NCBI GenBank assembly: GCA_016290135.1
Contig: JAEESW010000006.1
Coordinates: 27,670 to 91,669, forward strand
DNA length: 64,000 nt
Source of the DNA: a bacterium
GTDB taxonomy: Bacteria > UBP6 > UBA1177
Reading direction: 5' to 3'
The notes under the pieces were generated by a model. That model saw only the letters and a list, made by a program, of their open reading frames with translations. It was not told where the DNA came from and did no database searches. Shown one piece after another: positions 33,481-43,200 of the stretch (the first letter of the stretch is position 1; every line of letters begins with the position of its first letter). A program made the translations under genes and the position numbers.

Positions 33481-33957
33481 TTACCTCACGCACCTTATAT
33501 CGCCATAGCTTTTGATTTTATTGTTTTTCCCGTTTTCACCTTTAAAAAATCCGATACAAGATGCCGTATTTGAATCTTCTGATGAGGTCGATGACGACCA
33601 GAACCAGAATTCATCAGACCTGTCGATTCCGCAGATTTTCTGTATTTTATAAATTGTTTTGAGTTCTTCGATCGTGGGAATGTGCCAGTCAGTGAAGCCT
33701 CCCAATTTCAGATTTTTTGCGTATTCCATTGCATCATGCCAGTTCATCGGGGTTTCGGCACTTCCTTTTTGAATCATCCTGATCGTGCCCAACGGCGGCA
33801 CCACTTCAATATAGTCGCCTCGGTCGATAAAATTTCTTGAAACTTCCGAACTTGACTTATTTTCGGCTGCACCTTTTTTCCGTGCCAAGGTCTCCCTCCT
33901 TAAAAACAGCAGTTTCACTTCAATATCGAAACTGCAAAAGTCGCTTTCATATATCAT
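33481..33957 (-). CDS. Fib_succ_major/DUF1566-like domain protein with no recognisable signal peptide
   Basis: It contains ...PMNWHDAMEYAKNLKLGGFTDWHIPTIEELKTIYK...DIRCVR. The N-terminal 60 aa are hydrophilic. The true start is uncertain. Confidence 0.5.
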   Translation of the reverse strand: MIYESDFCSFDIEVKLLFLRRETLARKKGAAENKSSSEVSRNFIDRGDYIEVVPPLGTIRMIQKGSAETPMNWHDAMEYAKNLKLGGFTDWHIPTIEELKTIYKIQKICGIDRSDEFWFWSSSTSSEDSNTASCIGFFKGENGKNNKIKSYGDIRCVR

Positions 33958-34160
33958 TCTTGTTGGGTTTATACAACAAAATTTTGTTAAAAAATTCGGT
34001 TGACAACATTACAATAATATGACGGTCGATTTGCTTTACACAAGAAGAAGTTCAATTATCTCGAACTCGCGATTTCTTTTGTATTTTTGCGGCGTTATCA
34101 TGCTGAAACTCTTTGACATCCGGAAACGGATTATTATAATGCCTGCGATTTTTTTGCTTA

Positions 34161-34451
34161 TTGAGGTCAAATATCGTGACAAACACTGAAATCCGCGCCG
34201 AATTCGGGAAAAGACTCAAATTTTTGAGAAAATTCAGAAAAATGTCTCAATGGGATCTTTCACGTCTGAGCGGAATCGACAGAGCATATATTTCAGAAGT
34301 CGAAAACGGAAGAAGTGCCGCTACGATAGACCTTATCAACCGCATGGCAAGAGCTATGGATCTGTATCCGGCCGAGTTTCTCGTTTTCAGCAGGGAACAG
34401 CCGGTACGCTCTTATGAAGGCAAAAATCTTTCAGATTCCGCAACAAAATAA
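34161..34451 (+). CDS. XRE-family HTH transcriptional regulator (96 aa, TTG start in the ORF track)
   Basis: KRLKFLRKFRKMSQWDLSRLSGIDRAYISEVENGRSAATIDLINRMARAMDL is a canonical Cro/C1-type HTH. Confidence 0.65.
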   Translation: MRSNIVTNTEIRAEFGKRLKFLRKFRKMSQWDLSRLSGIDRAYISEVENGRSAATIDLINRMARAMDLYPAEFLVFSREQPVRSYEGKNLSDSATK

Positions 34452-34465
34452 TAATAAAAGCAGTT

Positions 34466-34525
34466 GTTATCCGGCAGTTAAACCGGTAGATTTTGTGATT
34501 TTGTGGAAAGTTTACGGGTTAAGTT
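34466..34525. repeat. ~58-nt intergenic repeat element, copy C (GTTATCCGGCAGTTAAACCGGTAGATTTTGTGATTTTGTGGAAAGTTTACGGGTTAAG)
   Basis: It is near-identical to 11469..11527. It lies between the convergent HTH gene and pta. Confidence 0.55.
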
Positions 34526-34533
34526 GAAAAGAC

Positions 34534-35529
34534 TTAGTTTGCAGCCTGGATCGCTGTTGCTGCAACTACGTTTACGATATCGTCAACCGAGCAGCCTCTC
34601 GAAAGGTCGTTGACCGGTTTTGCGATTCCCTGAAGGAAAGGACCGACTGCTTCAGCTTTTGCAAGTCTCTGAACGAGTTTGTAGCCGATGTTTCCGCTCT
34701 GAAGATCGGGGAAGATGAGTACGTTCGCCTGTCCTGCGATCGGGCTCGTCGGGCATTTCGTCTTGCCTACGCTTGCGACCATAGCTGCGTCAGCCTGGAT
34801 CTCGCCGTCAGCTGCAAGGTCGGGAGCTGTTTCGTGGACGAGTTTTACTGCTTCGACGACTTTGTCTACGAATTCGTGTTTTGCGCTGCCGTAGGTCGAG
34901 AAGCTGAGAAGTGCGACTTTCGGATCCATGTCGCAGAAGGATTTTGCGGTCTGAGCGGTAAGGATCGCGCTCTCTGCAAGTTCTGCCGATGTCGGATTCG
35001 GGTTGACTGCGCAGTCGCCGAAGAGGAACATTCCGTTGCTGCCGAGTTCGCAGTTGGGAACTATCATAACGAATGCGCTGGAAACCGATTTGATGCCGGG
35101 TTTCGTCTTTATGATCTGGAGTGCCGGACGGATCGTGTCGCCGGTCGAATGGATGGCGCCGCTTACGAGACCGTCTGCAACGTCCTTTTTGACCATCATC
35201 GTTGCGAAGTAAACTTCGTCAGCCATCATTTTGCGTGCTTTTTCCATATCGACGCCTTTCGCCTTTCTCATTTCGTAGAATGTGTTGACGAAATCTTCGT
35301 AGTATTCGCTGTTTACCGGATCAACTATTCTTGCGCCGTCGATCTTTACGCCGAGTTCCTTTGCAGCTGCATTGATCTTTTCGGGGTTGCCGATGAGGAT
35401 CGGTTTCGCGATCTTCTTTTCAAGGATGATCTGGGTCGCCTTGAGTGTCCTCGGTTCGGTTCCTTCCGGAAGAACTATCGTTTTCTGTACTTTGATTGCC
35501 TTTTCGCGCAAAGTTTCAATAAAATTCAT
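34534..35529 (-). CDS. pta: phosphate acetyltransferase
   Basis: The ORF is 331 aa. It reads MNFIETLREKAIKVQKTIVLPEGTEPRTLKA...GDTIRPALQIIKTKPG...ANVLIFPDLQSGNIGYKLVQR, which is a PTA_PTB family signature. Confidence 0.9.
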   Translation of the reverse strand: MNFIETLREKAIKVQKTIVLPEGTEPRTLKATQIILEKKIAKPILIGNPEKINAAAKELGVKIDGARIVDPVNSEYYEDFVNTFYEMRKAKGVDMEKARKMMADEVYFATMMVKKDVADGLVSGAIHSTGDTIRPALQIIKTKPGIKSVSSAFVMIVPNCELGSNGMFLFGDCAVNPNPTSAELAESAILTAQTAKSFCDMDPKVALLSFSTYGSAKHEFVDKVVEAVKLVHETAPDLAADGEIQADAAMVASVGKTKCPTSPIAGQANVLIFPDLQSGNIGYKLVQRLAKAEAVGPFLQGIAKPVNDLSRGCSVDDIVNVVAATAIQAAN

Positions 35530-35551
35530 AATTTACTCCTTCTTTTAAAAG

Positions 35552-36802
35552 TTATTCAAAATCTGCCAGCGCCGCTGCAAGGTTGTCTATTCCTTCGGCG
35601 ATGTTGTCCATATTCGTTGCATAAGAGAAGCGGATGTATCCCGGCATACCGAAGCTTTCGCCCGGAACGACCGCGACATGCGCTTCGTCAAGCAGGAAGT
35701 TCGCAAGTTCGATCGTCGTGTTGATGACGTTGCCGCGTACGCTCTTTCCAAGGTAGTGCTTGAAGTTGCAGAAAATGTAGAAAGCGCCCTGCGGATGGAT
35801 CGGAACGAGACCCGGGATCTTCTTGAGTTCTTCGTACATGAATTCACGTCTTCTGTCGAAGCGGCGGACCATGTTCTCAACTGAGTTCTGCGGGCCGTTC
35901 AATGCTTCGACTGTCGCATACATCGCGATCGAGTTCGCATTTGAAGTGGTGTGAGCCAGGAAGAAAGTCATTCTTTCGGCGATGTCTTTCGGAGCCGCAG
36001 CGTAGCCGATACGCCATCCAGTCATCGAATAAGCCTTCGAAACGCCGTTGATGACGATGATGTCCTTTTTGTATTTGTCGGGAACGATGCTTGCAAGGGA
36101 AACATGCTGCTTGTGGTCGTAGATGACCTTTTCGTAGATCTCGTCGCTGATGATTATGATGTTCCTTTCGCAGAGATAGTTTGCGATCTCTTCAAGGTCG
36201 CTCGCTTCGTAAACTGCGCCGGTCGGGTTGTTCGGCGTGTTGATGATGACGGCTTTCGTGTTCTCGGTGATGACCGGTTTGAGGTCGTCGAGTTTGAGTT
36301 TGAAGCCGTTCTCCTCTTTCGTGTAGCAGAAAACAGGTTTGCCGCCCGCAAGTTTGACCATCGTCGTGTAGCTTACCCAGTAGGGAGCCGGGATGATGAC
36401 TTCTTCGCCGGGGCTTACGATCGCCATGATCGCAGCGTAGATCGCATATTTCGCGCCGCTTGTAACAAGAATGTTGCCTTCGTCGTAGTGAAGGTTGTTT
36501 TCTCTCATGAATTTCTGCCTGATCGCCTTTTTGAGCTCTGCGATACCGGTCGTGTCGGTATATTTCGTGTAGCCTTTGTCAAGAGCCTTTTTAGCAGCTT
36601 CCTTGATGTTTTCCGGCGTGTCGAAATCGGGCTCGCCTGCCGAGAAGGAGATGACTCTGTCGCCCTGAGCGTTCATTCTCTTCGCCTTTGCCGAGATCTC
36701 AAGGGTCGCCGACTTGCGGAGCATCGAAGTTCCTGTGCTGAGTCTCGAATGGGTCTTCGTTTCCTGAACGACCGCTTCCATGATCTTTTCTTTGGTAGCC
36801 AT
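35552..36802 (-). CDS. class-I (aspartate/aromatic family) pyridoxal-phosphate aminotransferase
   Basis: The ORF is 416 aa. It contains SFSAGEPDFDTPENIKEAA...TSGAKYAIY...INGVSKAYSMTGWRIGYAAAP, with the PLP-lysine in the SKAYSMTGWR context. Confidence 0.85.
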   Translation of the reverse strand: MATKEKIMEAVVQETKTHSRLSTGTSMLRKSATLEISAKAKRMNAQGDRVISFSAGEPDFDTPENIKEAAKKALDKGYTKYTDTTGIAELKKAIRQKFMRENNLHYDEGNILVTSGAKYAIYAAIMAIVSPGEEVIIPAPYWVSYTTMVKLAGGKPVFCYTKEENGFKLKLDDLKPVITENTKAVIINTPNNPTGAVYEASDLEEIANYLCERNIIIISDEIYEKVIYDHKQHVSLASIVPDKYKKDIIVINGVSKAYSMTGWRIGYAAAPKDIAERMTFFLAHTTSNANSIAMYATVEALNGPQNSVENMVRRFDRRREFMYEELKKIPGLVPIHPQGAFYIFCNFKHYLGKSVRGNVINTTIELANFLLDEAHVAVVPGESFGMPGYIRFSYATNMDNIAEGIDNLAAALADFE

Positions 36803-36937
36803 TTTTCACCTCTGAAATAAGTTATTAAAAAGATATTTAACAATTAAAAGAACTTTTCGTGCGGCGAGTATAAGACATGAATTTGTTTTAGCAAGGAAAA
36901 TAAAACGGCAAAATGTAACATTGGTAAAAAATCTTTA

Positions 36938-36965
36938 TTGACTCAATTTTCAAAAAGTCTATAAT
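36938..36965 (+). promoter_or_regulatory. sigma-70-like promoter TTGACT-N16-TATAAT
   Basis: The motifs were read from the sequence about 35 nt upstream of the GGAGGAG RBS and ATG of the gene at 37001. Confidence 0.4.
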
Positions 36966-37000
36966 CCATCGTTTTTTTGTTAAACTTTTCGGAGGAGACA

Positions 37001-40000
37001 ATGAAAAAATTCCTACTGGCTTTTATGTTTTTTATTCCATTTCTGCTTTCTGCGGCAATCGGCGACACTGGGATCTCCGTTGATCCTGACGGCAAACAAC
37101 TCAAATGGGAAGAAGGTGCATGGGACTTCTTTATCATGCACAAATCCCTGATAGAAAATCTGACGAACTCGGCAAGCACGACTGCAGGAAACCCGCAGGC
37201 CGACACATGCATGGATCCGAATGTCGGATCGACCTACAGGCTCACATCCAAACACATTCCGCCGGATGCCGACATCGACAGAGCGTTCCTCGTATGGCTC
37301 GCTCCTCAAGATCCCGACAATCTGATGGGCAACACCGACAACTCGGTAACGCTCACATTCACGAACGCGGCTGATCCTTCAATAACGATCACGAAGGATG
37401 TCACCGCTTCCGTCCAGGGCAATCTTGCGACAACGCAGCTCGGCAACTTCGAATACGAAGCTCTCAATATGCCCGACTCGTCAACAGGAAACACCGGTGT
37501 TTTCACATACCGTGTAGAAGTTTCCGACTTCATGAAAGAGATCATCTCAATGGGCGAAGCAAAAGGCATGAACCCCGGTGAGGCTCTTTACGGCGACTAC
37601 AATGTCAAGGGTATGGACTGCTCCAACCATCAGAACTACCTCACGACAAGCGGTCTCGTAGGCGGCTGGGCACTTCCTTTCGTCTACACTTCGGCTCACA
37701 TCAACCCCAAGAAGATCTACTTCTACCATGGTCTTGCAGCATACCGTTTCCAGGCTGCTTTCCTGACTGTTGCAGGCTTCGAGCTTCCGGCTGAAGCAGT
37801 CATCAAACTCGGTTTCGTCGTTCACGAAGGCGACCCGGGACTTGCAAGCAGAACAGGCACCAGCGTTTTAGGGCAGGCTGAGCCTGAGGCTATCGGTATC
37901 AGCGGCTTCTCCGATCCGGCGAACTACGCTCTTCTTTTCAACAACTGCAACCCGCCGAGACATCAGGACAGCACTGGTCTGGCTTTCGAATACACCGAGA
38001 TCTACAACTCGATCTCTTCGATCTTCAGCTGGGAAAACAGCGACGAATACTGGTGCATCGGTAATCCGGACAACCCGCTTGACCAGACCAATCCGATAGA
38101 ATACGCTATCGATGCCGATATTCTGGTCGTCGATGCAGGTCCTACCGGTCCTTTCTACGGTAAATTCAACAAAGGCGATACGCAGTTCGGCCTCAAGATC
38201 GGCGCGAACCAGGACCAGGTCTACACCAATTTCCTTATCGTAAGCGTTGATACCAAGGCTCCGAAATTCGATATTCCGAACAACCCGAAGACTCCCGACG
38301 GCAGAGAGAAAAACTACTGCTCCTGCTCGACTGACGCAGACGCGGTTTGTGCAGACAGACCTTTCTACTACACGATCAAGATCCAGAACTGGGGCGAGAA
38401 CCAGGCTGGAAACGTAACGCTTCAGGATACTCTTCCGACACAGGTCGACTATGTTCCCGGAACGACTGAGATCGCGACAAAATTCGATGCTAACGGCCTC
38501 GGAATCGACTGGGAAACGGTCGAAGATGTAAACGGCGGCTTCCCGTTCGCTTCAGCAAAGAGCATAGCTGACGTTATGACTGTCCACTGCGACAAGATCA
38601 ACGAACCCGACTACTGCAGCGAAGGTGCGTGGGTAAGATTCGTCGTAAGACCGAAAGCAAACCTTTCGAAGAACGAAGTCATCAGAAACACCGCGGTCAT
38701 CTCCGGCGACGGACTTCCCTACAACTCGAACAGCAACATTCCGCTCAGACTCAAACTCGGACAGTGCCCGGCTGTTACGGAATGCGAACTTCCTCCGAAG
38801 ATGCAGTGCGGCGGTGTCAAGATCGACAACGAAAACTACTGCACAGAGGATAAGGACTGCAAAGACGGCAAAAAATGCGTGAACAACGAGTGTATCCTTG
38901 ACGCTAACGCTGACCTTGCAAGCAACTCCGAAGTATCCTACGATCTTGGAACGAACTCTCCGAACAGCGGAACGGCTTCGATCATCATCCCCTCGCCGAG
39001 CGACAATCTTGTTCTCGGCCAGTTCTACCTTCTTTCCGAAGGTGACAAAGGCAAATTCTACGAGTTCCACACCGCTAAATTCAAACTCAACAAAGAGACC
39101 GACGTCATCGCAAAGAACTTCAGACTTTACAAAGATGAAGACGGCGACGGCAAAGTCGGCGAAGGCGATATCCTGATCGCAAGCGAACCGGAACTCAAGA
39201 ACTCGTATTACATGGATTTCTCGATAACCGATCCGGCAAACAGACTTACAAAATCCGGCATAAAGAACTACTACATCGTAGTTGCAGACCTTAAGCTCAA
39301 TGAAGGCGGAAGATCCGGCAAGTTCAGTCTTGTGATCGAAGACAGCGGCGCTTTCAAGATCACGGATGCCGGCGAAGCTAAGATAAAAGGCTCCAAAGTC
39401 GATTTTGCATCGTTCAGATTCGAACCGGCAGACGGTTTTGTCTTCACCAAAGGCAAAGAGACATCTGTTCCTTCATTCAAAGATTTCAACGGTGACCACG
39501 AGATCCTTCATGTCAGAACGAAATCGATCGGCTCCGCTGACGCTATAAGCTCGATCAAAATAAGGATCCCGTCAAGCTACGTTAAATTCGGCGAAGGCAT
39601 CAAATCGGTATCTCTCTATATCGACAACGACCAGGACGGACTCGCAACATCCAACGACACGCTCATCAAGAAGGTCACCGAGTTCTCCAGCGCAACGAAT
39701 GTTTCCATCGACGGACTCAAAGAGATCCTCACCTACACTGAGAACGAAGAAAAATACCTCGTTTTCAAAGCTGAATTCAAAATGAATGTCGGCGAAAAGG
39801 CGAAATTCCAGATCCCGTCAGGAAACAATGGTGTAAAGATCACGAGCGGCAAAGAGATCGTCGAACTTCCGGTAACGTCGAACGAATTCTCCTACGAATG
39901 CGACAAGAACGATCCTACATCCTGCGGCAGCGGAGACGATGACGGCGGCGGCTGTGCAGTATCAGCGCTTCCGGAAACTTCGAACAGCACGCTTTATGTC

Positions 40001-40066
40001 GTTCTTGCAGCTCTCGCTTCAATGCTTGCGCTTGCAGCAGCAAAACTTTTCGCTTCAAAAAAATAA
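37001..40066 (+). CDS. large secreted surface protein (paralog 1) with a DUF11-like domain, Ca-binding-like DxDGDGK motif, Ig-like regions and a C-terminal LPETS-type sorting-signal-like tail
   Basis: Signal peptide MKKFLLAFMFFIPFLLSAAIG. YYTIKIQNWGENQAGNVTLQDTLPTQVDYVPGTTEIA matches the DUF11 consensus. DEDGDGKVGEGD is a Ca-binding-like motif. The C-terminus reads DDDGGGCAVSALPETSNSTLYVVLAALASMLALAAAKLFASKK. It is about 60% identical to the next gene. Confidence 0.8.
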   Translation: MKKFLLAFMFFIPFLLSAAIGDTGISVDPDGKQLKWEEGAWDFFIMHKSLIENLTNSASTTAGNPQADTCMDPNVGSTYRLTSKHIPPDADIDRAFLVWLAPQDPDNLMGNTDNSVTLTFTNAADPSITITKDVTASVQGNLATTQLGNFEYEALNMPDSSTGNTGVFTYRVEVSDFMKEIISMGEAKGMNPGEALYGDYNVKGMDCSNHQNYLTTSGLVGGWALPFVYTSAHINPKKIYFYHGLAAYRFQAAFLTVAGFELPAEAVIKLGFVVHEGDPGLASRTGTSVLGQAEPEAIGISGFSDPANYALLFNNCNPPRHQDSTGLAFEYTEIYNSISSIFSWENSDEYWCIGNPDNPLDQTNPIEYAIDADILVVDAGPTGPFYGKFNKGDTQFGLKIGANQDQVYTNFLIVSVDTKAPKFDIPNNPKTPDGREKNYCSCSTDADAVCADRPFYYTIKIQNWGENQAGNVTLQDTLPTQVDYVPGTTEIATKFDANGLGIDWETVEDVNGGFPFASAKSIADVMTVHCDKINEPDYCSEGAWVRFVVRPKANLSKNEVIRNTAVISGDGLPYNSNSNIPLRLKLGQCPAVTECELPPKMQCGGVKIDNENYCTEDKDCKDGKKCVNNECILDANADLASNSEVSYDLGTNSPNSGTASIIIPSPSDNLVLGQFYLLSEGDKGKFYEFHTAKFKLNKETDVIAKNFRLYKDEDGDGKVGEGDILIASEPELKNSYYMDFSITDPANRLTKSGIKNYYIVVADLKLNEGGRSGKFSLVIEDSGAFKITDAGEAKIKGSKVDFASFRFEPADGFVFTKGKETSVPSFKDFNGDHEILHVRTKSIGSADAISSIKIRIPSSYVKFGEGIKSVSLYIDNDQDGLATSNDTLIKKVTEFSSATNVSIDGLKEILTYTENEEKYLVFKAEFKMNVGEKAKFQIPSGNNGVKITSGKEIVELPVTSNEFSYECDKNDPTSCGSGDDDGGGCAVSALPETSNSTLYVVLAALASMLALAAAKLFASKK

Positions 40067-40238
40067 TTCAGCGAACATTCTGAAATCTTTTGATTCCTGA
40101 AAAATTTCCCTTTTTCCATCCTTGATTTTTAGTTGATTCTATTTTTTTAAATTCTAAAATAGCGCGTTATTATTTGGTCGATGACATTGTTTTTGATTTA
40201 TAGAATTGTTTTTGACTCGACTTTAGAAGGAGGATTTC

Positions 40239-43200
40239 ATGAAAAAATTTTTGATTCTTTTCTCGCTTCTGTTTCCGATTTTTCTCTTCGCCGCTATCGG
40301 TCAGAACGGCATCTCCATCGCTCCTGACGGAACACTGCTGAAGTGGGATGAAGGCGCTTGGGACTTCTTCATCATGCACAAATCGTCGCTTGAAAGAAGT
40401 CCTGAAAACAAAGCCGCGGCAGTTGATGCCAACGGGAACGAGATCGCCGGCAACCCTCAGGCAGACACTCTTGTTGACCAGACTATCGGAACGACCTACA
40501 GGCTCACCTCAAAGCACATTCCGCCGGATGCCGATGTTTCCAGAGCTTTCCTTATCTGGCTCGCAGATCAGGATCCGAACGATATAAACGGCAATACCGA
40601 CAACTCGGTAACGCTCACTTTCACGAATGCAGCCGACCCGTCACTTACTCTTCAGATGGATGTCACCGCTTCGACTCAGGGCAACCTTGCAAAAGACAGC
40701 AAGGGGATGTTCGAATACGAGGCTATCAGAGACAGCGTCGCGACCCAGCTCAAGCAGGATCCCTACTGCCCGGGAGAAACCGCAAGCTATACCGGATACT
40801 ATACCTACAGGGTCGAAGTTTCCGAGTTCATGAAAAAGATCATCCAGATGGGCGAAGAAAGAGGCATGCAGTCAGGAGAAGCGCTTTACGGTGACTACAA
40901 TGTCAAAGGCATAACTTCATCAGACCACTGCTTCTACATGAAGCAAAGCTCAATGGTCGGCGGCTGGGCGCTTCCTTTCGTTTACACTTCGGCAAACATC
41001 CGTGCAAAGAAGATCTATTTTTACCACGGTCTTGAAGCTTACCAGCATCAGGAAGCCCTCATCACTGTCAGCGGTTTCGAGCTTCCGGCAGAAGCTGTGA
41101 TCAGGCTCGGTCTCGTCGTTTTTGAAGGCGATCCCGGCATGGCAAGGGCAAACGGCAACGGTATCGGGCTTCAGGTCAAGCACGAAGGGCTCGCAATAAG
41201 CGGTTTTGCGGATCCGGCAAACTACAGCATCCTCTTCAACAACTGCAACCCGCTGAAAGACAAAGACCAGGCTGGAAACAACTTCCAGTACACCGAGATC
41301 TACAACTCGATCTCCTCTATTTTCGGCTGGAGCGACAATGAGGAGACCTGCATAGGCAATCCGGACAATCCGTTGGATCCGTCGAATCCGATCGAATATG
41401 CGATCGATGCCGACACTTTCATCGTAGACTCAAGATTCCCGCCTTTCGACACGATGTTCAACAAAGGCGACCCGCAGCTGGGCCTCAAGATCGGCGCAAA
41501 CCAGGATCAGATCTACACGAATTTCCTCATCGTCAGCGTCGATACACGTCCTCCGCAGTTCGATATCCCGGAAAACAGATTCACACCGAACGGAAGGGAA
41601 AAGGACTACTGCTCATGCGCAAAAGACCCTGATTCCTTCTGCGCTGACAGACCTTTCTATTACACGATAAAGATCCAGAACTGGGGCGACGATTCTGCGA
41701 CAGGCGTCACTCTTCAGGACACACTTCCGGCGCAGGTCGACTACGTTCCGGGAACGACAGAGATCGCGACAAAGATCAACGATCAGGGGCTCGGCACCGA
41801 CTGGGAAACGGTTCCCGATGTCGACGGCAGATTCCCGTTCGAAACACCGAGAGTCGTCGCTGACGTGCTCGAACACTGCAGGCAGAGCGACTCTGTATGC
41901 GACCAAAGCGCGTGGGTAAGATTCGTAGTCAGACCGAAGGCAAACCTTTCGAAGAACGAAGTCATCAAAAACATGGCTGCGATAACTTCAACCGAGACTG
42001 CCGGCGGAGCTTTCAACACGAACAGCAATATCCCGCTCAGGCTCAAGATAGGCAACTGCCCCGCGATCACAGAATGCGAGCTTCCTTCAAAAATGGAATG
42101 CGGCGGCATAAAGATCGAAGGCAATGAAAACTACTGCACCGAAGACAAGGACTGCGGCAACGGCAAAAAATGCGTCAACAACGAATGCAAGGACGATGTT
42201 GCAAGCGACCTTACAAACGGCACCGAAGTAACTTTCGGTGAAGGGACGAACTCTCCGACGAACGACTCGACGATACTTATCCCCTCCCCGAGCGAAGGGA
42301 TCATTCTGGGTCAGTTCTACCTTTTCGCGGAAGGCAACAAAGACAAATCCTACAACTTCAACGAACTTATGATCAAGTTCAAGGCCGAGACAGACATCCA
42401 GGCAAAGAACTTCAGACTTTACAAAGACGTCAACGGTGACGGCAAAGTCGACGGCGGCGACATCGAGATCGCTGTGACAGAGGATGTGAAGAACTCCTAT
42501 GTCAATCTTGCAGTCTCCGATCCGGCAAACAGACTCACTGCTTCGGGCATCAAGAATCATTTCATCGTAACAGCCGATGCAAAAACGACTTCCGACAGCA
42601 AATCCGGCAAATTCAGCATGATCATTGAAGGAGGAGAATCGTTCAAACTCTCCGATGCCGCAAAAATCGATGCGAAAGGCCAGAAGATCGAATTCGTCGA
42701 ATACAGGTTCGAGCCGAATGAAGGTTTCATCATCACAAAAGGAGATGTAGACCCGAAAGTTCCGTCATACAAAGATTTCAACGGCGAGCACGAAATGCTT
42801 CAGGTCAGGACAAAATCGAAAGGGACTGATGATGCGGTATCTTCGATGACGCTCAAAGTCCCGAGGAACTTCGTTGAATTCGGCAAAGGCATCAGATCGG
42901 TATCCCTCATTCTCGACAAGGACGGCAACGGACTCCACTCCGCAGGCGATGAAGTCCTTGCAGAGGTAAATGATTTTTCGAACCCGACAACACTCGTTAT
43001 CGACGGTCTTAAAGATGTTTTAAAATATGAAAAGGATGAAGAGAAATTCCTTCTTTTCAAAGTTGAGTTCAAAATGTCGGTAGGTGAAACGGCAAAGATC
43101 CAGGTCTCCAGCGTCAAAGTAAAAAGCGGGAACCCTGTGGTCGAAGTTCCGGTATCATCGAAAGAGTTCACTTACGAATGCGACAAGGACGACCCGAATT

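Noticed and set aside
34834-36820. Long plus-strand ORFs 34834..35724, 35678..35884 and 35951..36820
   Set aside because: They are antisense to the well-supported pta and aminotransferase genes. They are rich in Arg/Cys/Phe codons characteristic of reverse-frame artefacts.
39929-40066. Reading the LPETS/LPETTG tails as proof of Gram-positive-style sortase anchoring
   Set aside because: The organism appears to be diderm (Fibrobacter-like) and no sortase is present in the window. I report it as a sorting-signal-like tail of unknown processing rather than an LPXTG cell-wall anchor.
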